A stretch of DNA of 64,000 nucleotides, taken from Candidatus Ghiorseimicrobium undicola (GTDB taxonomy: Bacteria; Omnitrophota; Gorgyraeia; Ghiorseimicrobiales; Ghiorseimicrobiaceae). Shown in pieces: positions 9,003-19,037 of this stretch. The notes under the pieces are model-generated. The model searched no databases, was not told the DNA's origin, and was given only the letters and a program-made list of their open reading frames with translations. The translations under genes were made by a program, and so were the position numbers. The stretch covers positions 3,238 to 67,237 of the forward strand of contig PCWA01000084.1 in the NCBI GenBank assembly GCA_002796125.1, in the 5' to 3' direction. Position 1 is the first letter of the stretch. Every line of letters starts with the position of its first letter.

Positions 9003-10516
9003 TTGCGGAACTCTTTCGAAGAAAACTTGTTTATCGCGTTTATATAAGCTTTTGCTGAAGCTTCTATTATATCGGTAGAAGCAGCCCTGGCGCTGATAAT
9101 ATCATTCTTTATGCGGATTTTAATAGCCACTTCCCCTTGCGCGTCTTTGCCTGCGGTAACGGAATGTATGGAATAATCAACCAGCCTGCCTTTAAGGCCG
9201 GTAATCTTATCTATCGCCTTATAACAGGCATCAACAGGGCCATCACCGGAAGATTCCGCCTGAAAATTTTTTCCTTTTCTTTTTAATCTTACCCAGGCTT
9301 CAGGCACTGCTCTAAAGCCGCTGTTTATCCTGAAATCATCCAGCTGCCAAATAGGGCTACTGACCCTAATTTCATCTTCAACTATGGCAATCAGGTCTTC
9401 ATCAAAAATCTGCTTTTTCTTGTCGGCCAAGCTTTTAAAAAGCTCAAAAGCGCGCGCGAGCTGCACCTCGCTTAACTTTATCCCTATTGCCTTGAGCCTC
9501 TCTTTTAACGCGTGCCTGCCGGAATGCTTTCCTAAAACAAGCCCTGTTTCATAAAACCCTACATCCTGCGGGCTGATAATCTCGTAAGTACTCCTCTTCT
9601 TCAAAACTCCATCCTGATGGATACCTGATTCATGCCTAAAAGCGTTTGCCCCCACGATTGCCTTGTTGGGAGCAACGGTAAAACCGGTAAGCTTACTTAC
9701 CAGGCGCGAGGTTTTATAAATCCTGGCACTCTTTATAGCGGTAGAAAGCCCGCCAAACAAATCCGGCCTGGTTTTTAAAGCCATCACTATTTCTTCCAGG
9801 GAGGCATTACCTGCTCTCTCGCCTATGCCGTTTATGGTACATTCAATTTGGCGGGCGCCATTTTTTACGGCAGAGAGCGAATTGGCTACAGCAAGCCCCA
9901 AGTCATCATGGCAATGCACCGATATAACCGCCTTATTTATATTAGGCACATTATTTTTTATTGCGGCTATTAAGGAACCGTACTCCTGCGGTTCTGAATA
10001 TCCCACAGTATCGGGGATATTAACGGTTTTAGCGCCCGCCTTAATTACTGTCTCTACCACGCGGAATAAAAATTCTGGATCGGTACGAGAAGCATCCTCA
10101 GGAGAAAACTCGACATCGCCTACCAGCTTAGAGGCATATTTAACGCTATCGCAAGAAAGACGGACAATCTCATCTTTGGCTTTTTTTAATTTATATTTCA
10201 TATGTATCTTAGATGTGGCAAGAAATACATGTATCCGCGGACGATGCGCCTTCTTTAATGCCTCATAAGCCGCGTCTATATCTTTTTTTAATGCGCGCGC
10301 CAGGCCGCATATGGAAGATTTTTTAACGGCGGCAGCCACGCTTTTAACCGACTGAAAATCCCCTTTTGAAGAAACAGGAAAACCTGCCTCAATTACATCT
10401 ACGCCTAATTCACTCAGGGCGCCTGCAATCTGAATTTTCTCTTCCTTATTAAGGCTTGCCCCGGGCGCCTGCTCACCGTCTCTTAATGTTGTGTCAAAAA
10501 TTATCACTTTATCCAT
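8984..10516 (-). CDS. leuA: 2-isopropylmalate synthase (LeuA/CimA family)
   Basis: MDKVIIFDTTLRDGEQ N-terminus (ATG at 10516 is the likely true start; the ORF track extends to a TTG at 10543). HxH metal motif and C-terminal LeuA dimerisation domain. Confidence 0.85.
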   Translation of the reverse strand: MDKVIIFDTTLRDGEQAPGASLNKEEKIQIAGALSELGVDVIEAGFPVSSKGDFQSVKSVAAAVKKSSICGLARALKKDIDAAYEALKKAHRPRIHVFLATSKIHMKYKLKKAKDEIVRLSCDSVKYASKLVGDVEFSPEDASRTDPEFLFRVVETVIKAGAKTVNIPDTVGYSEPQEYGSLIAAIKNNVPNINKAVISVHCHDDLGLAVANSLSAVKNGARQIECTINGIGERAGNASLEEIVMALKTRPDLFGGLSTAIKSARIYKTSRLVSKLTGFTVAPNKAIVGANAFRHESGIHQDGVLKKRSTYEIISPQDVGFYETGLVLGKHSGRHALKERLKAIGIKLSEVQLARAFELFKSLADKKKQIFDEDLIAIVEDEIRVSSPIWQLDDFRINSGFRAVPEAWVRLKRKGKNFQAESSGDGPVDACYKAIDKITGLKGRLVDYSIHSVTAGKDAQGEVAIKIRIKNDIISARAASTDIIEASAKAYINAINKFSSKEFRNEPRPS

Positions 10517-10529
10517 AATATTTTCAGCA

Positions 10530-10564
10530 ATTACACAAAACAAGCATTGCTTGTTTTGTGTAAT
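10530..10564 (-). repeat. 35-bp perfect palindrome between the hypothetical gene stop and the leuA start
   Basis: attacacaaaacaagca t tgcttgttttgtgtaat. A related copy lies upstream of metK. Confidence 0.6.
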
Positions 10565-10569
10565 TTTGA

Positions 10570-12501
10570 TTATAACCCTTCAACCGGGGTAAAAAAATCA
10601 AATTCGAAAAAACCATCCTCATACATGGAACTGGCGCCCATAACATTAACATCTTTTAAAACATTTAACACATCAACAGCATTCCGCATGTTTTTCCTGA
10701 TTTCTTTTTCTTTTAAATTATTCGCAAGAGAATTATTCATTGAACTAAATATTGCTATCATCGGCTCAATGTATTGCTTGGGATTAATATAAAAAAGCCC
10801 GTTAAACTCAGGATGCAATTTTGTTCTAATCTGGGAAAATTTTACGCTATCTACCAGGCTTAATAATTTCTTATTATACACGTTTATTATTTTTCTCAGA
10901 AGCGGTTGATTAGTACCTACTATCAAATAGTTGCCCAGGAAACAGTATGAGGGAGATAAAACATCATCGCTAAACATAGCCGGTAAAGTACCGGTATTCT
11001 GCATTTTTAACCCATGTATGCTAATGCCAGAATAGTCATCAACCGTATAAATAAGCATATCCGGAACTTTTTGTTCTTCTGTATCCGGCCCCGCCCCCTC
11101 CTGCACGGCCGGTAATTTTTGTTCCCTTGGCTTTGCCTGGCCACCCGCCTGAAGTTTCGCCTGGGCATTGGCTAAATCAGCTATTCTTTGCCAAAGTCCA
11201 GACAATAAAACATCTATCTTATCTTTGTCTTTTGTATCCGCATAAACAAATAATTCCGGAAAATTTAAATTAATCGGCCCGGCCCTGCCTTGCTCTAGCG
11301 CAAGCGGTATACTTATGGCTTTAAACCCGGCTAAAGTAAAACCGTAATCTTTCCCTAAAAAAGGCAAGAAATCATTTTCCAAATCAAAACCCAGGAATGA
11401 ATTCAATTGCTCAATAATCTTATCCGGGCTATACTCCTGCGCATTAATTTTTTCATTACTTGCGGCCTTATTAAGCACCGCCCCATTAATGACGCCTGAC
11501 ATACTCTTTTTAAAATAGGCAAACAATGATTTCGCCTGGCCGTAATTTCCTCCGGAAAATAAAGCAACATCTAAAGGGATAAATTTTAACGCCTCCAGAT
11601 TAGCATCGTTTATGCCTTCCCAAATAGTTTTTATCTCCGGGTCCTCTATGCTCTCGAGATCTAGATAAGCCCAGCCTTTTAAATAAATACCCTCATTAAA
11701 ATCAACCGTTAAAAAATAATTCTTAAACGGCGTGAGTTTCTCCTGAGCTTTATATATGGCTTTCATGTCCTGGCTTAAGTTTTTTGCCAGCTGATAAAAT
11801 TTACTCACATCATAATATAGCCATGCGCGCCAGCTGCCGGAAAACCTGCTTTTAACTCTTAAAAATCCTGGATCGCTGGAAATACTACCCTCAGAATCTG
11901 CGCCTATTAAATCTATGGCTTTTTCCAGCCTGCCCCTGGCATTACTTATTATAAGCACATCGCCTATGATGGAATAGGCAAACTCATGCCGTAAACCTTC
12001 ATGCTTAACAATAGAAACATCGAAACCTTTATATTTATTCCTTGTAATTAGTTTATCCTTCTGAATTTTGGAATTAATCTTTGCCAGCGACTCTTTAAGC
12101 GCAACCGAATTATCTATCCTGCTTAAGAGAACGATATCAACATCCGGCCTTTCAAACTTGGTATCTTCAGAATATACAGATAAAAAAACCTCCTTGCCTA
12201 AAACATCCATCAGGTCTTTTTCGCTAAGCCAATTTGCCTGCTCCTTTATTTTCCCAAAAGTATCATTATCCTTAAACATAAGAAGCTGCGCCAGGCCGGA
12301 GTAAACATCCGTGCCTTTTATCTTATCCCAGGAGCTTTTTAAATCATCCGCGGCAACATATATCAATCCTCCCGAAGGAGCTAAATCGGCAAGATTTTCC
12401 ACCTGAACCGGCGGCTTGGATAAACGCAGATAATAAAAAGCGGCTGTTAAAATTATAATAACGCCGCCGAGCAAAATGATAAGCTTTTTATTATTTCTCA
12501 T
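10570..12501 (-). CDS. Large hypothetical secreted/membrane-anchored protein (possibly DUF3352-like)
   Basis: 643 aa; N-terminal signal-anchor LIILLGGVIIILTAAFYYL; no catalytic motifs. Inserted between ilvC and leuA. Confidence 0.45.
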   Translation of the reverse strand: MRNNKKLIILLGGVIIILTAAFYYLRLSKPPVQVENLADLAPSGGLIYVAADDLKSSWDKIKGTDVYSGLAQLLMFKDNDTFGKIKEQANWLSEKDLMDVLGKEVFLSVYSEDTKFERPDVDIVLLSRIDNSVALKESLAKINSKIQKDKLITRNKYKGFDVSIVKHEGLRHEFAYSIIGDVLIISNARGRLEKAIDLIGADSEGSISSDPGFLRVKSRFSGSWRAWLYYDVSKFYQLAKNLSQDMKAIYKAQEKLTPFKNYFLTVDFNEGIYLKGWAYLDLESIEDPEIKTIWEGINDANLEALKFIPLDVALFSGGNYGQAKSLFAYFKKSMSGVINGAVLNKAASNEKINAQEYSPDKIIEQLNSFLGFDLENDFLPFLGKDYGFTLAGFKAISIPLALEQGRAGPINLNFPELFVYADTKDKDKIDVLLSGLWQRIADLANAQAKLQAGGQAKPREQKLPAVQEGAGPDTEEQKVPDMLIYTVDDYSGISIHGLKMQNTGTLPAMFSDDVLSPSYCFLGNYLIVGTNQPLLRKIINVYNKKLLSLVDSVKFSQIRTKLHPEFNGLFYINPKQYIEPMIAIFSSMNNSLANNLKEKEIRKNMRNAVDVLNVLKDVNVMGASSMYEDGFFEFDFFTPVEGL

Positions 12502-12552
12502 AGCCGTTCTCCTTATTCAGGCGAGGGAATCTAACGTTTCATCCAAGGCATC

Positions 12553-12647
12553 CAATTCGGCCGTAAAGGCCGAATTGTCCCGCAGCCTATCAGGGTAAAT
12601 TTCAAAGAAATTTACCCTGATGTTTAGGCAAGGGAATTTAGTGATTT
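12553..12647 (-). repeat. 5'-leader element, truncated variant copy D (leader of the 643-aa hypothetical gene), flanked by a 12-bp direct repeat
   Basis: Minus strand attcccttgcctaaacatcagggtaaatttctttgaaatttaccctgataggctgcgggacaattcggcctttacggccgaatt. The direct repeat atccaaggcatc occurs at 12541-12552 and 12648-12659. Confidence 0.7.
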
Positions 12648-13633
12648 ATCCAAGGCATCATCTCCCTCAGCCTCTTACCTACCTCCTCTATCGGGTGTTT
12701 ATCGCCCTCTTCCATCAATTTATTAAACAATGGCCTGCCCTGTTCGTTCTCATTAATCCACTCGCGGGCAAATTTACCGTTTTTAATTTCGCGAAGCATC
12801 TTCTGCATTTCTTTTCTCGTCTTTTGAGTTATTATTCTCGGTCCTCTGGTTAAATCCCCATAACATGCAGTGTTTGAAACACGCCTACGCATGCCTGATA
12901 TGCCGGTTTCCTGAATTAAATCAGTAATTAATTTTAATTCATGCAAAACTTCAAAATAGGCGATTTCCGGCTGATATCCCGCCTCTATCAAAGTATCAAA
13001 ACCTGCTTTGATAAGCTCGGTTACGCCGCCGCATAAAACCGCCTGTTCGCCGAAAAGATCCGTTTCTGTTTCTTCGTCAAATGTTGTTTCTATTACCCCC
13101 GCCTTTGTACCTTTTATTGCCTTGGCGTAAGCAAGCGCAACCGCTTTGGCATTACCGCTTGCATCCTGATGAATAGCCAAAAGGCATGGCACGCCCTTGT
13201 CTTCCTCATACATCCGCCTGACCAATGCACCCGGGCCTTTAGGCGCCACCATAATCACATCTACTTTTTTAGGCGGTTTAATCTGCTTAAAACGAATATT
13301 GAAACCGTGGGAAAAAACCAAAACTTTTCCTTTTTTAAGATAAGGCTTGATGGATTCGTTATAAACTTTTGCCTGGAGATGATCTTGAGTCAAAACCTGT
13401 ATAATATCCGCTTTTATTGCCGCCTCTTGAGCAGATACCGGGCTAAACCCGTCTTCTTCTGCCTGTTTAAAATTTTGCGTACCGGAAAGTTCAGAAACCA
13501 CCACATTAATACCGCTGTCGCGAAGGCACAGGCTCTGGCCCCTGCCCTGAATTCCGTAGCCGATAATCGCCACTGTCTTATCTTTTAATAAATTTAAATC
13601 CGCATCATTATCGTAGTAGATTTTTAAAGCCAT
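12638..13633 (-). CDS. ilvC: Ketol-acid reductoisomerase
   Basis: 331 aa; [17 protein letters not shown] Rossmann region and C-terminal KARI domain. Confidence 0.9.
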   Translation of the reverse strand: MALKIYYDNDADLNLLKDKTVAIIGYGIQGRGQSLCLRDSGINVVVSELSGTQNFKQAEEDGFSPVSAQEAAIKADIIQVLTQDHLQAKVYNESIKPYLKKGKVLVFSHGFNIRFKQIKPPKKVDVIMVAPKGPGALVRRMYEEDKGVPCLLAIHQDASGNAKAVALAYAKAIKGTKAGVIETTFDEETETDLFGEQAVLCGGVTELIKAGFDTLIEAGYQPEIAYFEVLHELKLITDLIQETGISGMRRRVSNTACYGDLTRGPRIITQKTRKEMQKMLREIKNGKFAREWINENEQGRPLFNKLMEEGDKHPIEEVGKRLREMMPWINH

Positions 13634-13676
13634 TGCTTTTCTCCTCCCGGTTGAAAAGTTTACAGTTAACTATGAA

Positions 13677-14150
13677 CTATTTTATAATCGCTATCCTGCC
13701 CGTCCTAACCAATTCCTTTATGCCGAAAGGCTTTATTTCTTTCAGGAAATTCAGGGCCGTATGCTGATCGCTGCATATTTCAATAACCGCGTAAGAATCC
13801 TTAGTTTCCAAAATTTTAGCGCCGAATTCCTTTGCTAATTTATCAATGTCTTTTTTATTTTCTTTTGTAAAATTAACTTTAAAAAGCATGAGTTCGCGGT
13901 CAAAGAAATCCTTGCCCGTTAAATCAACGACAGTAATAACATCTATTAATTTATTAAGCTGTTTCTTTATCTGGTCAAGAATTCTTTCGTCTTTTGCGTC
14001 AACCAGCAAAGTCATGCGCGAAACAGAAGGGTCTTCTGTTTCTCCAACGGCCAAAGATATAATATTAAAGCCGCGCGCGCTGAATAACCCGGAAATACGC
14101 GCCAAAACTCCAAACCTGTTTTCCACCAACGCCTGTATTGTATGCTTCAT
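13677..14150 (-). CDS. ilvN: Acetolactate synthase small (regulatory) subunit
   Basis: 157 aa ACT-domain protein; overlaps ilvB by 4 nt. Confidence 0.85.
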   Translation of the reverse strand: MKHTIQALVENRFGVLARISGLFSARGFNIISLAVGETEDPSVSRMTLLVDAKDERILDQIKKQLNKLIDVITVVDLTGKDFFDRELMLFKVNFTKENKKDIDKLAKEFGAKILETKDSYAVIEICSDQHTALNFLKEIKPFGIKELVRTGRIAIIK

Positions 14151-15808
14151 GCCATTCCACCCATCATTCTGTTTATTGCCTCCCCGGCAGGCACCATCGG
14201 AAAAACATTTTCTTCCGGCTCGACAATAAAATCAATCAAAACAGTGTTATCTATCGATATCGCCTTCTTTATCGCTGCAGCCACTTCTTCCTTTTTACTA
14301 ACACGGATACCAACCGCTCCATAGCTTTCAGCGAGCTTTACAAAATCAGGATTAATAAGTTTTGTTTGAGAATATCTGCGGTGATAAAATAACTGCTGCC
14401 ATTGTCTAACCATGCCCAGATATCCGTTATTCAATATTGCTATCTTAACCGGCAGCCTATTATTTACGGCTGTAGCCAACTCCTGGATATTCATTTGAAT
14501 AGAACCGTCCCCGGCTATATCAAACACCAATTTATCGGGCCTGCCGATTTGCGCTCCAATCGCGGCCGGAAAACCGTAACCCATAGTCCCCAAGCCTCCG
14601 CTTGAAATAAAAGTACGCGGTAAGCTGTATTTATACCACTGCGCCGCCCACATTTGGTTTTGGCCGACTTCCGTGGTAATTATAGCATCTCCTTTGGTTA
14701 ATTCATAAATCTTCTCCAATACAAATTGCGGCCGTATTTTATCGTCATTTTTATAACTTAACGGGTGTTTTTCTTTCCAATCAAAAACCTGCTTTAACCA
14801 ATCCTTACTCTCGCACGGATTAACCAGCTTATTTAGCTCGCTTAAAATATTTTTAGCATCCCCGACTATGGGAACATCAACTTTTACGTTTTTACTAATA
14901 GAAGAGGGGTCTATATCTATATGTATTATTTTCGCATGAGGCGCGAAAGCGTCAATACGCCCGGTCACCCTGTCGTCAAACCTTGCTCCTACGGCAATTA
15001 TCAAATCTGATTCCATTATGGCATAGTTGGCATAAGCCGTACCATGCATGCCGAGCATGCCTAAAGATAGATTATTTCTTTGATCAAAACCTCCCAAACC
15101 CATAAGGGTCGTCGTCACGGGAGCGTTTATTTTCTCAGACAGCTCTTTTAATTCATTATTCGCTCCGGAAATAATTATGCCTCCGCCTGCGTAAATTATA
15201 GGGCGCTTCGATTTGGCGATTAGCTTTACGGCTTTTTTAATCTGCCCGGGGTGCCCAAAATAAGTAGGATTGTAACTTCTGATGCGGCAAGTTTCAGGAT
15301 AGACGAAATCATGTTCAGCATTCTGTACATCAACAGGCAAGTCTATCAATACCGGCCCGGGCCTGCCGGTTGATGCGATATGAAAAGCCTCTTTTATGAT
15401 ACAAGCCAAATGCTTTACATCCTTTACCAAATAATTATGCTTGGTAATCGGCCGTGTTATGCCTGTAACATCCGCTTCCTGAAAAGCATCATTGCCTATT
15501 AACGTAGTCTTAACTTGCCCGGTAAAAGCAACCATGGGGATAGAATCCATGTATGCCGTCGCAATCCCCGTAATAAGATTGGTCGCTCCCGGGCCGCTTG
15601 TAGCAAGGCAAACGCCGGTTTTTCCGGTTACGCGGGCATAACCGTCTGCGGCATGGGCTGCCGCCTGTTCATGTCTGGTTAAAATAAACCTTATCTTCGC
15701 GTCATAAAGCTTATCGAATATAGGAAGGACAACCCCTCCCGGATAACCAAACATTACCTCAACATTTTCTTTAATTAAAGATTGTACGAATATCTCTGCG
15801 CCAGTCAT
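14147..15808 (-). CDS. ilvB: Acetolactate synthase large subunit (ThDP-dependent)
   Basis: 553 aa; [26 protein letters not shown]-terminus; GDG ThDP motif. Confidence 0.9.
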   Translation of the reverse strand: MTGAEIFVQSLIKENVEVMFGYPGGVVLPIFDKLYDAKIRFILTRHEQAAAHAADGYARVTGKTGVCLATSGPGATNLITGIATAYMDSIPMVAFTGQVKTTLIGNDAFQEADVTGITRPITKHNYLVKDVKHLACIIKEAFHIASTGRPGPVLIDLPVDVQNAEHDFVYPETCRIRSYNPTYFGHPGQIKKAVKLIAKSKRPIIYAGGGIIISGANNELKELSEKINAPVTTTLMGLGGFDQRNNLSLGMLGMHGTAYANYAIMESDLIIAVGARFDDRVTGRIDAFAPHAKIIHIDIDPSSISKNVKVDVPIVGDAKNILSELNKLVNPCESKDWLKQVFDWKEKHPLSYKNDDKIRPQFVLEKIYELTKGDAIITTEVGQNQMWAAQWYKYSLPRTFISSGGLGTMGYGFPAAIGAQIGRPDKLVFDIAGDGSIQMNIQELATAVNNRLPVKIAILNNGYLGMVRQWQQLFYHRRYSQTKLINPDFVKLAESYGAVGIRVSKKEEVAAAIKKAISIDNTVLIDFIVEPEENVFPMVPAGEAINRMMGGMA

Positions 15809-15811
15809 TTT

Positions 15812-15926
15812 AATGAGCCCACAACTTACGGAGGCGAAGCCGACGTAAGTTGTATGGGCGAATTAATCCCGCAGCCTATCGGGTAAATATCGAAGAGATT
15901 TACCCGATGCTTAGGCAAGGGATATT
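15812..15926 (-). repeat. 5'-leader structured repeat element, copy A (between ilvD stop and ilvB start)
   Basis: Minus strand atcccttgcctaagcatcgggtaaatctcttcgatatttacccgataggctgcgggattaattcgcccatacaacttacgtcggcttcgcctccgtaagttgtgggctcatt, followed by aaaATG of ilvB. Confidence 0.8.
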
Positions 15927-17579
15927 TTATTCCACAATCGCTCCCGTACTCGCCGAAGTCACCATTTTAGCATAACGGGCGAGATAACCGCCGGTTATCT
16001 TAGGAGGAATTATTTTAAAGGTTTTTCTGCGCTTCTTTATTTCTTCCTCGCTTAATAACAGGTTAAGTTTCCTATTGGGTATATCGATTTCTATTTCATC
16101 GCCTTCTTTTACCAAAGCAATAATTCCGCCGGCTGCAGCCTCCGGAGAAATATGCCCGATGCACGGGCCTTTTGTCCCGCCGGAAAATCTACCGTCCGTA
16201 ATTAAGGCGACGTCCTCTGCTAATCCCAAACCCACAATCGCGGATGTGGGTGCCAGCATCTCACGCATCCCAGGCCCGCCCTTTGGCCCCTCGTAGCGGA
16301 TAACCACACAATCGCCTTTCTTGATATTTTCGCCCAGTATATCCTTCATCGCCTCTTCTTCCGAATCGTAAACGCGGGCGCGCCCCTTGAATTTCATCAT
16401 TTTAGCGGATACGGCGGATTGTTTTACTACTGCGCCATCAGGCGCAAGATTACCGAATAATACCGCTATGCCCCCTTCTTTACGGTAAGCATTCTCTTGC
16501 CTACGTATGACATTATCATCAACAATAACAGCTTCATCGGCAATCTCTTTTATAGTCTTGCCGCTTAATGTCATGGCATTATGTAGCTTATTTTCTAATC
16601 TTTTTAATACCGCGGGTATTCCCCCGGCATACTCCAAATCTTCCATCATATGTTCTCCGGCGGGCTCTATACAGCAGATATTCGGAACTTTCTTGCTTAA
16701 CTTATCAAATGTTTCAAGCGGTAAATCTATGCCTGCTTCATGAGCTATCGCCTTAATATGCAAAACTGTATTGGTTGAACCCCCTAAAGCCATATCAACC
16801 ATTATGGCATTTTCAAAAGCCGCTTTTGTCATTATATCGCGCGGCTTTATGTTATTATGTACAAGCTCCACTATCTTTTCGCCTGATTCCTCGGCTATTC
16901 TTTTTTTCTTGGCAAGCACAGCTAATGAGGTAGCGCAGCCGGGCAAAGACATTCCCAGGCTTTCGGTAACGCATGCCATGGTATTTGCCGTATATAACCC
17001 TTGGCATGAACCGGCGCCGGGACAAGCTTCCTGTTCAAGGCAACTGAGTTCTTTCTCAGAAATTTCGCCTTTTTTTGCGCGCGCCAAAGCTTCAAATGTA
17101 TCATGCACAAAAGCAAGTTTTTTCTGCATCAGGCGGCCGGAAAGCATAGGGCCGGCGGTCACGACTATCGTCGGTATATTCAGCCGCGCCGATGCCATAA
17201 GCATACCGGGAGTAATTTTATCGCAATTCGTAAGGCATACCATCGCGTCAAAGGCATGAGCCTGCACCACTGTCTCAAGAGAATCGGCAATAAGCTCACG
17301 GGAAGCAAGCGAATAATGCATGCCCGCATGGCCCATGGCAATACCGTCGCATATACCGGGAATTCCCACAAAGAAAGGCGCGCCTCCGGCAGCGCAAATT
17401 CCCCGCTCTATAAACCTTTCCAAATCACGCATGCCTACATGGCCGGGAATTATATCGTTATAAGATGTCGCGACTAAAATAAACGGCTTATCAAGCGTTT
17501 TTTTTCTGATCCCCGTGGCATATAAAAGAGCGCGATGCGGAACCCGCTCTATGCCTTTTTTAATCCTGTCTGAACGCAT
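15927..17579 (-). CDS. ilvD: Dihydroxy-acid dehydratase
   Basis: 550 aa; ILVD/EDD family with CDKITPG Fe-S ligand region. Confidence 0.9.
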   Translation of the reverse strand: MRSDRIKKGIERVPHRALLYATGIRKKTLDKPFILVATSYNDIIPGHVGMRDLERFIERGICAAGGAPFFVGIPGICDGIAMGHAGMHYSLASRELIADSLETVVQAHAFDAMVCLTNCDKITPGMLMASARLNIPTIVVTAGPMLSGRLMQKKLAFVHDTFEALARAKKGEISEKELSCLEQEACPGAGSCQGLYTANTMACVTESLGMSLPGCATSLAVLAKKKRIAEESGEKIVELVHNNIKPRDIMTKAAFENAIMVDMALGGSTNTVLHIKAIAHEAGIDLPLETFDKLSKKVPNICCIEPAGEHMMEDLEYAGGIPAVLKRLENKLHNAMTLSGKTIKEIADEAVIVDDNVIRRQENAYRKEGGIAVLFGNLAPDGAVVKQSAVSAKMMKFKGRARVYDSEEEAMKDILGENIKKGDCVVIRYEGPKGGPGMREMLAPTSAIVGLGLAEDVALITDGRFSGGTKGPCIGHISPEAAAGGIIALVKEGDEIEIDIPNRKLNLLLSEEEIKKRRKTFKIIPPKITGGYLARYAKMVTSASTGAIVE

Positions 17580-17712
17580 ATTTTTGCTCCTTAATCATCC
17601 CGCTTTCAACAGAAAGCCTAACTTACTCCTGGCGTAAACGCTTGTAGATTTCTTCTCGTAAGAGAAGAAATCTACTGCGCGCGCTTCGGAGCTAATCCCG
17701 CCTTCGGCGGGA

Positions 17713-19023
17713 TTAATCCGCCCCTGATGCGTCTATCTCTCCGGAATGAGAGTTGATATCCGGCTTTATATATACGGGCTTAATATATCTTTCGATAAGA
17801 TCTTTGCTGCCTGCAATGTTGAGCTTTTTAAATAAAAATTCAAATTTTTCTTCCAGCTCTTTCCCTATTCTTTCAAGTATATCATCGCCGAGATTCGTAA
17901 GTTCTTTTTTAAATGGCCCAAGCGCTTTTTTACGCGTTTTGTAAATAAATTGGTCTTCTGTTTCTGTCTCTTTTTTCTCAGACGCCAGATTCTCCTTAAG
18001 CCATGAATATATCTTATCTCTTAGACTTGCCGGAAAATGCCTGCTTTCAAAAATCATGTTCTGGAACTGAGTTGCTAAATGCACTTCCAGAGTCTCAACC
18101 TCCGGGAATTTACCAAAAGCATCGTCAGGCAAAGTTGATGCCCCGTGCTGTACCGCCCCGCCCATGCCGTATTTTGCGCGCGCGAGTTCCGATAGAGTTC
18201 TTAACGTTTCAAAATCAAGTTTAACCTTGGCGATACTGCCGTCAGGCAAAACCACCCCTCCGTGCGAAGTACCTGTCTGAACGCTTACCTTGCTAATGCC
18301 ATCAAGCCTGCCTGTCAACTCGTTATAACCAGACATAAAAGCTTCTAATTCTTCCGGGGTAGAGTTTGCGGTCCCTACTTCGCCTATCTCTCCTCCTATT
18401 GATACGGTAACACCCTTTGGCTGTATGCTCCGGATATATTTGGTAAGTTCAGCACACGACTCATAATTTAAGTGCTGTTCTTCTTTTTTATCCGGCTTGC
18501 TTAAATCTACCAAAGTAGAAGAATCTATGTCTATATTATAAAAACCTGAATCAACGGCTTCTTTGATTAACAGCTTAAGGCCATCTAATTCTTTTTTGGG
18601 GTTTTCTTTGTATTTTTTGGGATTTACTTGGGTATGGTCTGCCTGCACGAATATAGGCCCTCTATAACCCTCTTTTACGGCAGCGGCTAAACAAACCCCG
18701 CAATATTCTACCGGGCGCTGATCAGTATAGCCCATTTCGGATTTGGCAATTTCAAATATAAAAGCTCCGGCATTATTTTTCTTGGCGACCCTGATAATCG
18801 CACGCGCCAAAATATAAGTTAAGCCGCGTAGATTAATCGCCGGGACGGTAAATCCTGAAAATTCATTTCTGCCTCGCGCTTTATAAAAATCATGGATAGA
18901 AGCCGGATAAACCCCGGCATCTTTGGCCGCCTGCCAAATTTTTAAAAAATAATCTTTCTTTTTATTTATATCACCTTCTAAAATCAGATTTTTTACCAAA
19001 ACATCGATATTGTTACCTGCCAC
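17713..19023 (-). CDS. fba: Class II fructose-bisphosphate aldolase (long form)
   Basis: 436 aa; VQADHTQ and GTSHGGV class II aldolase motifs; GTG start preceded by GAGGAGG. Confidence 0.75.
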   Translation of the reverse strand: MAGNNIDVLVKNLILEGDINKKKDYFLKIWQAAKDAGVYPASIHDFYKARGRNEFSGFTVPAINLRGLTYILARAIIRVAKKNNAGAFIFEIAKSEMGYTDQRPVEYCGVCLAAAVKEGYRGPIFVQADHTQVNPKKYKENPKKELDGLKLLIKEAVDSGFYNIDIDSSTLVDLSKPDKKEEQHLNYESCAELTKYIRSIQPKGVTVSIGGEIGEVGTANSTPEELEAFMSGYNELTGRLDGISKVSVQTGTSHGGVVLPDGSIAKVKLDFETLRTLSELARAKYGMGGAVQHGASTLPDDAFGKFPEVETLEVHLATQFQNMIFESRHFPASLRDKIYSWLKENLASEKKETETEDQFIYKTRKKALGPFKKELTNLGDDILERIGKELEEKFEFLFKKLNIAGSKDLIERYIKPVYIKPDINSHSGEIDASGAD

Positions 19024-19037
19024 CTTAATACCTCCTC

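Noticed and set aside
17580-17712. T-box or leader-peptide attenuator upstream of ilvD
   Set aside because: There is no T-box (AATTAGGGTGGNACCGCG) sequence and no short Leu/Ile/Val-rich leader ORF; only two hairpins without U-runs.
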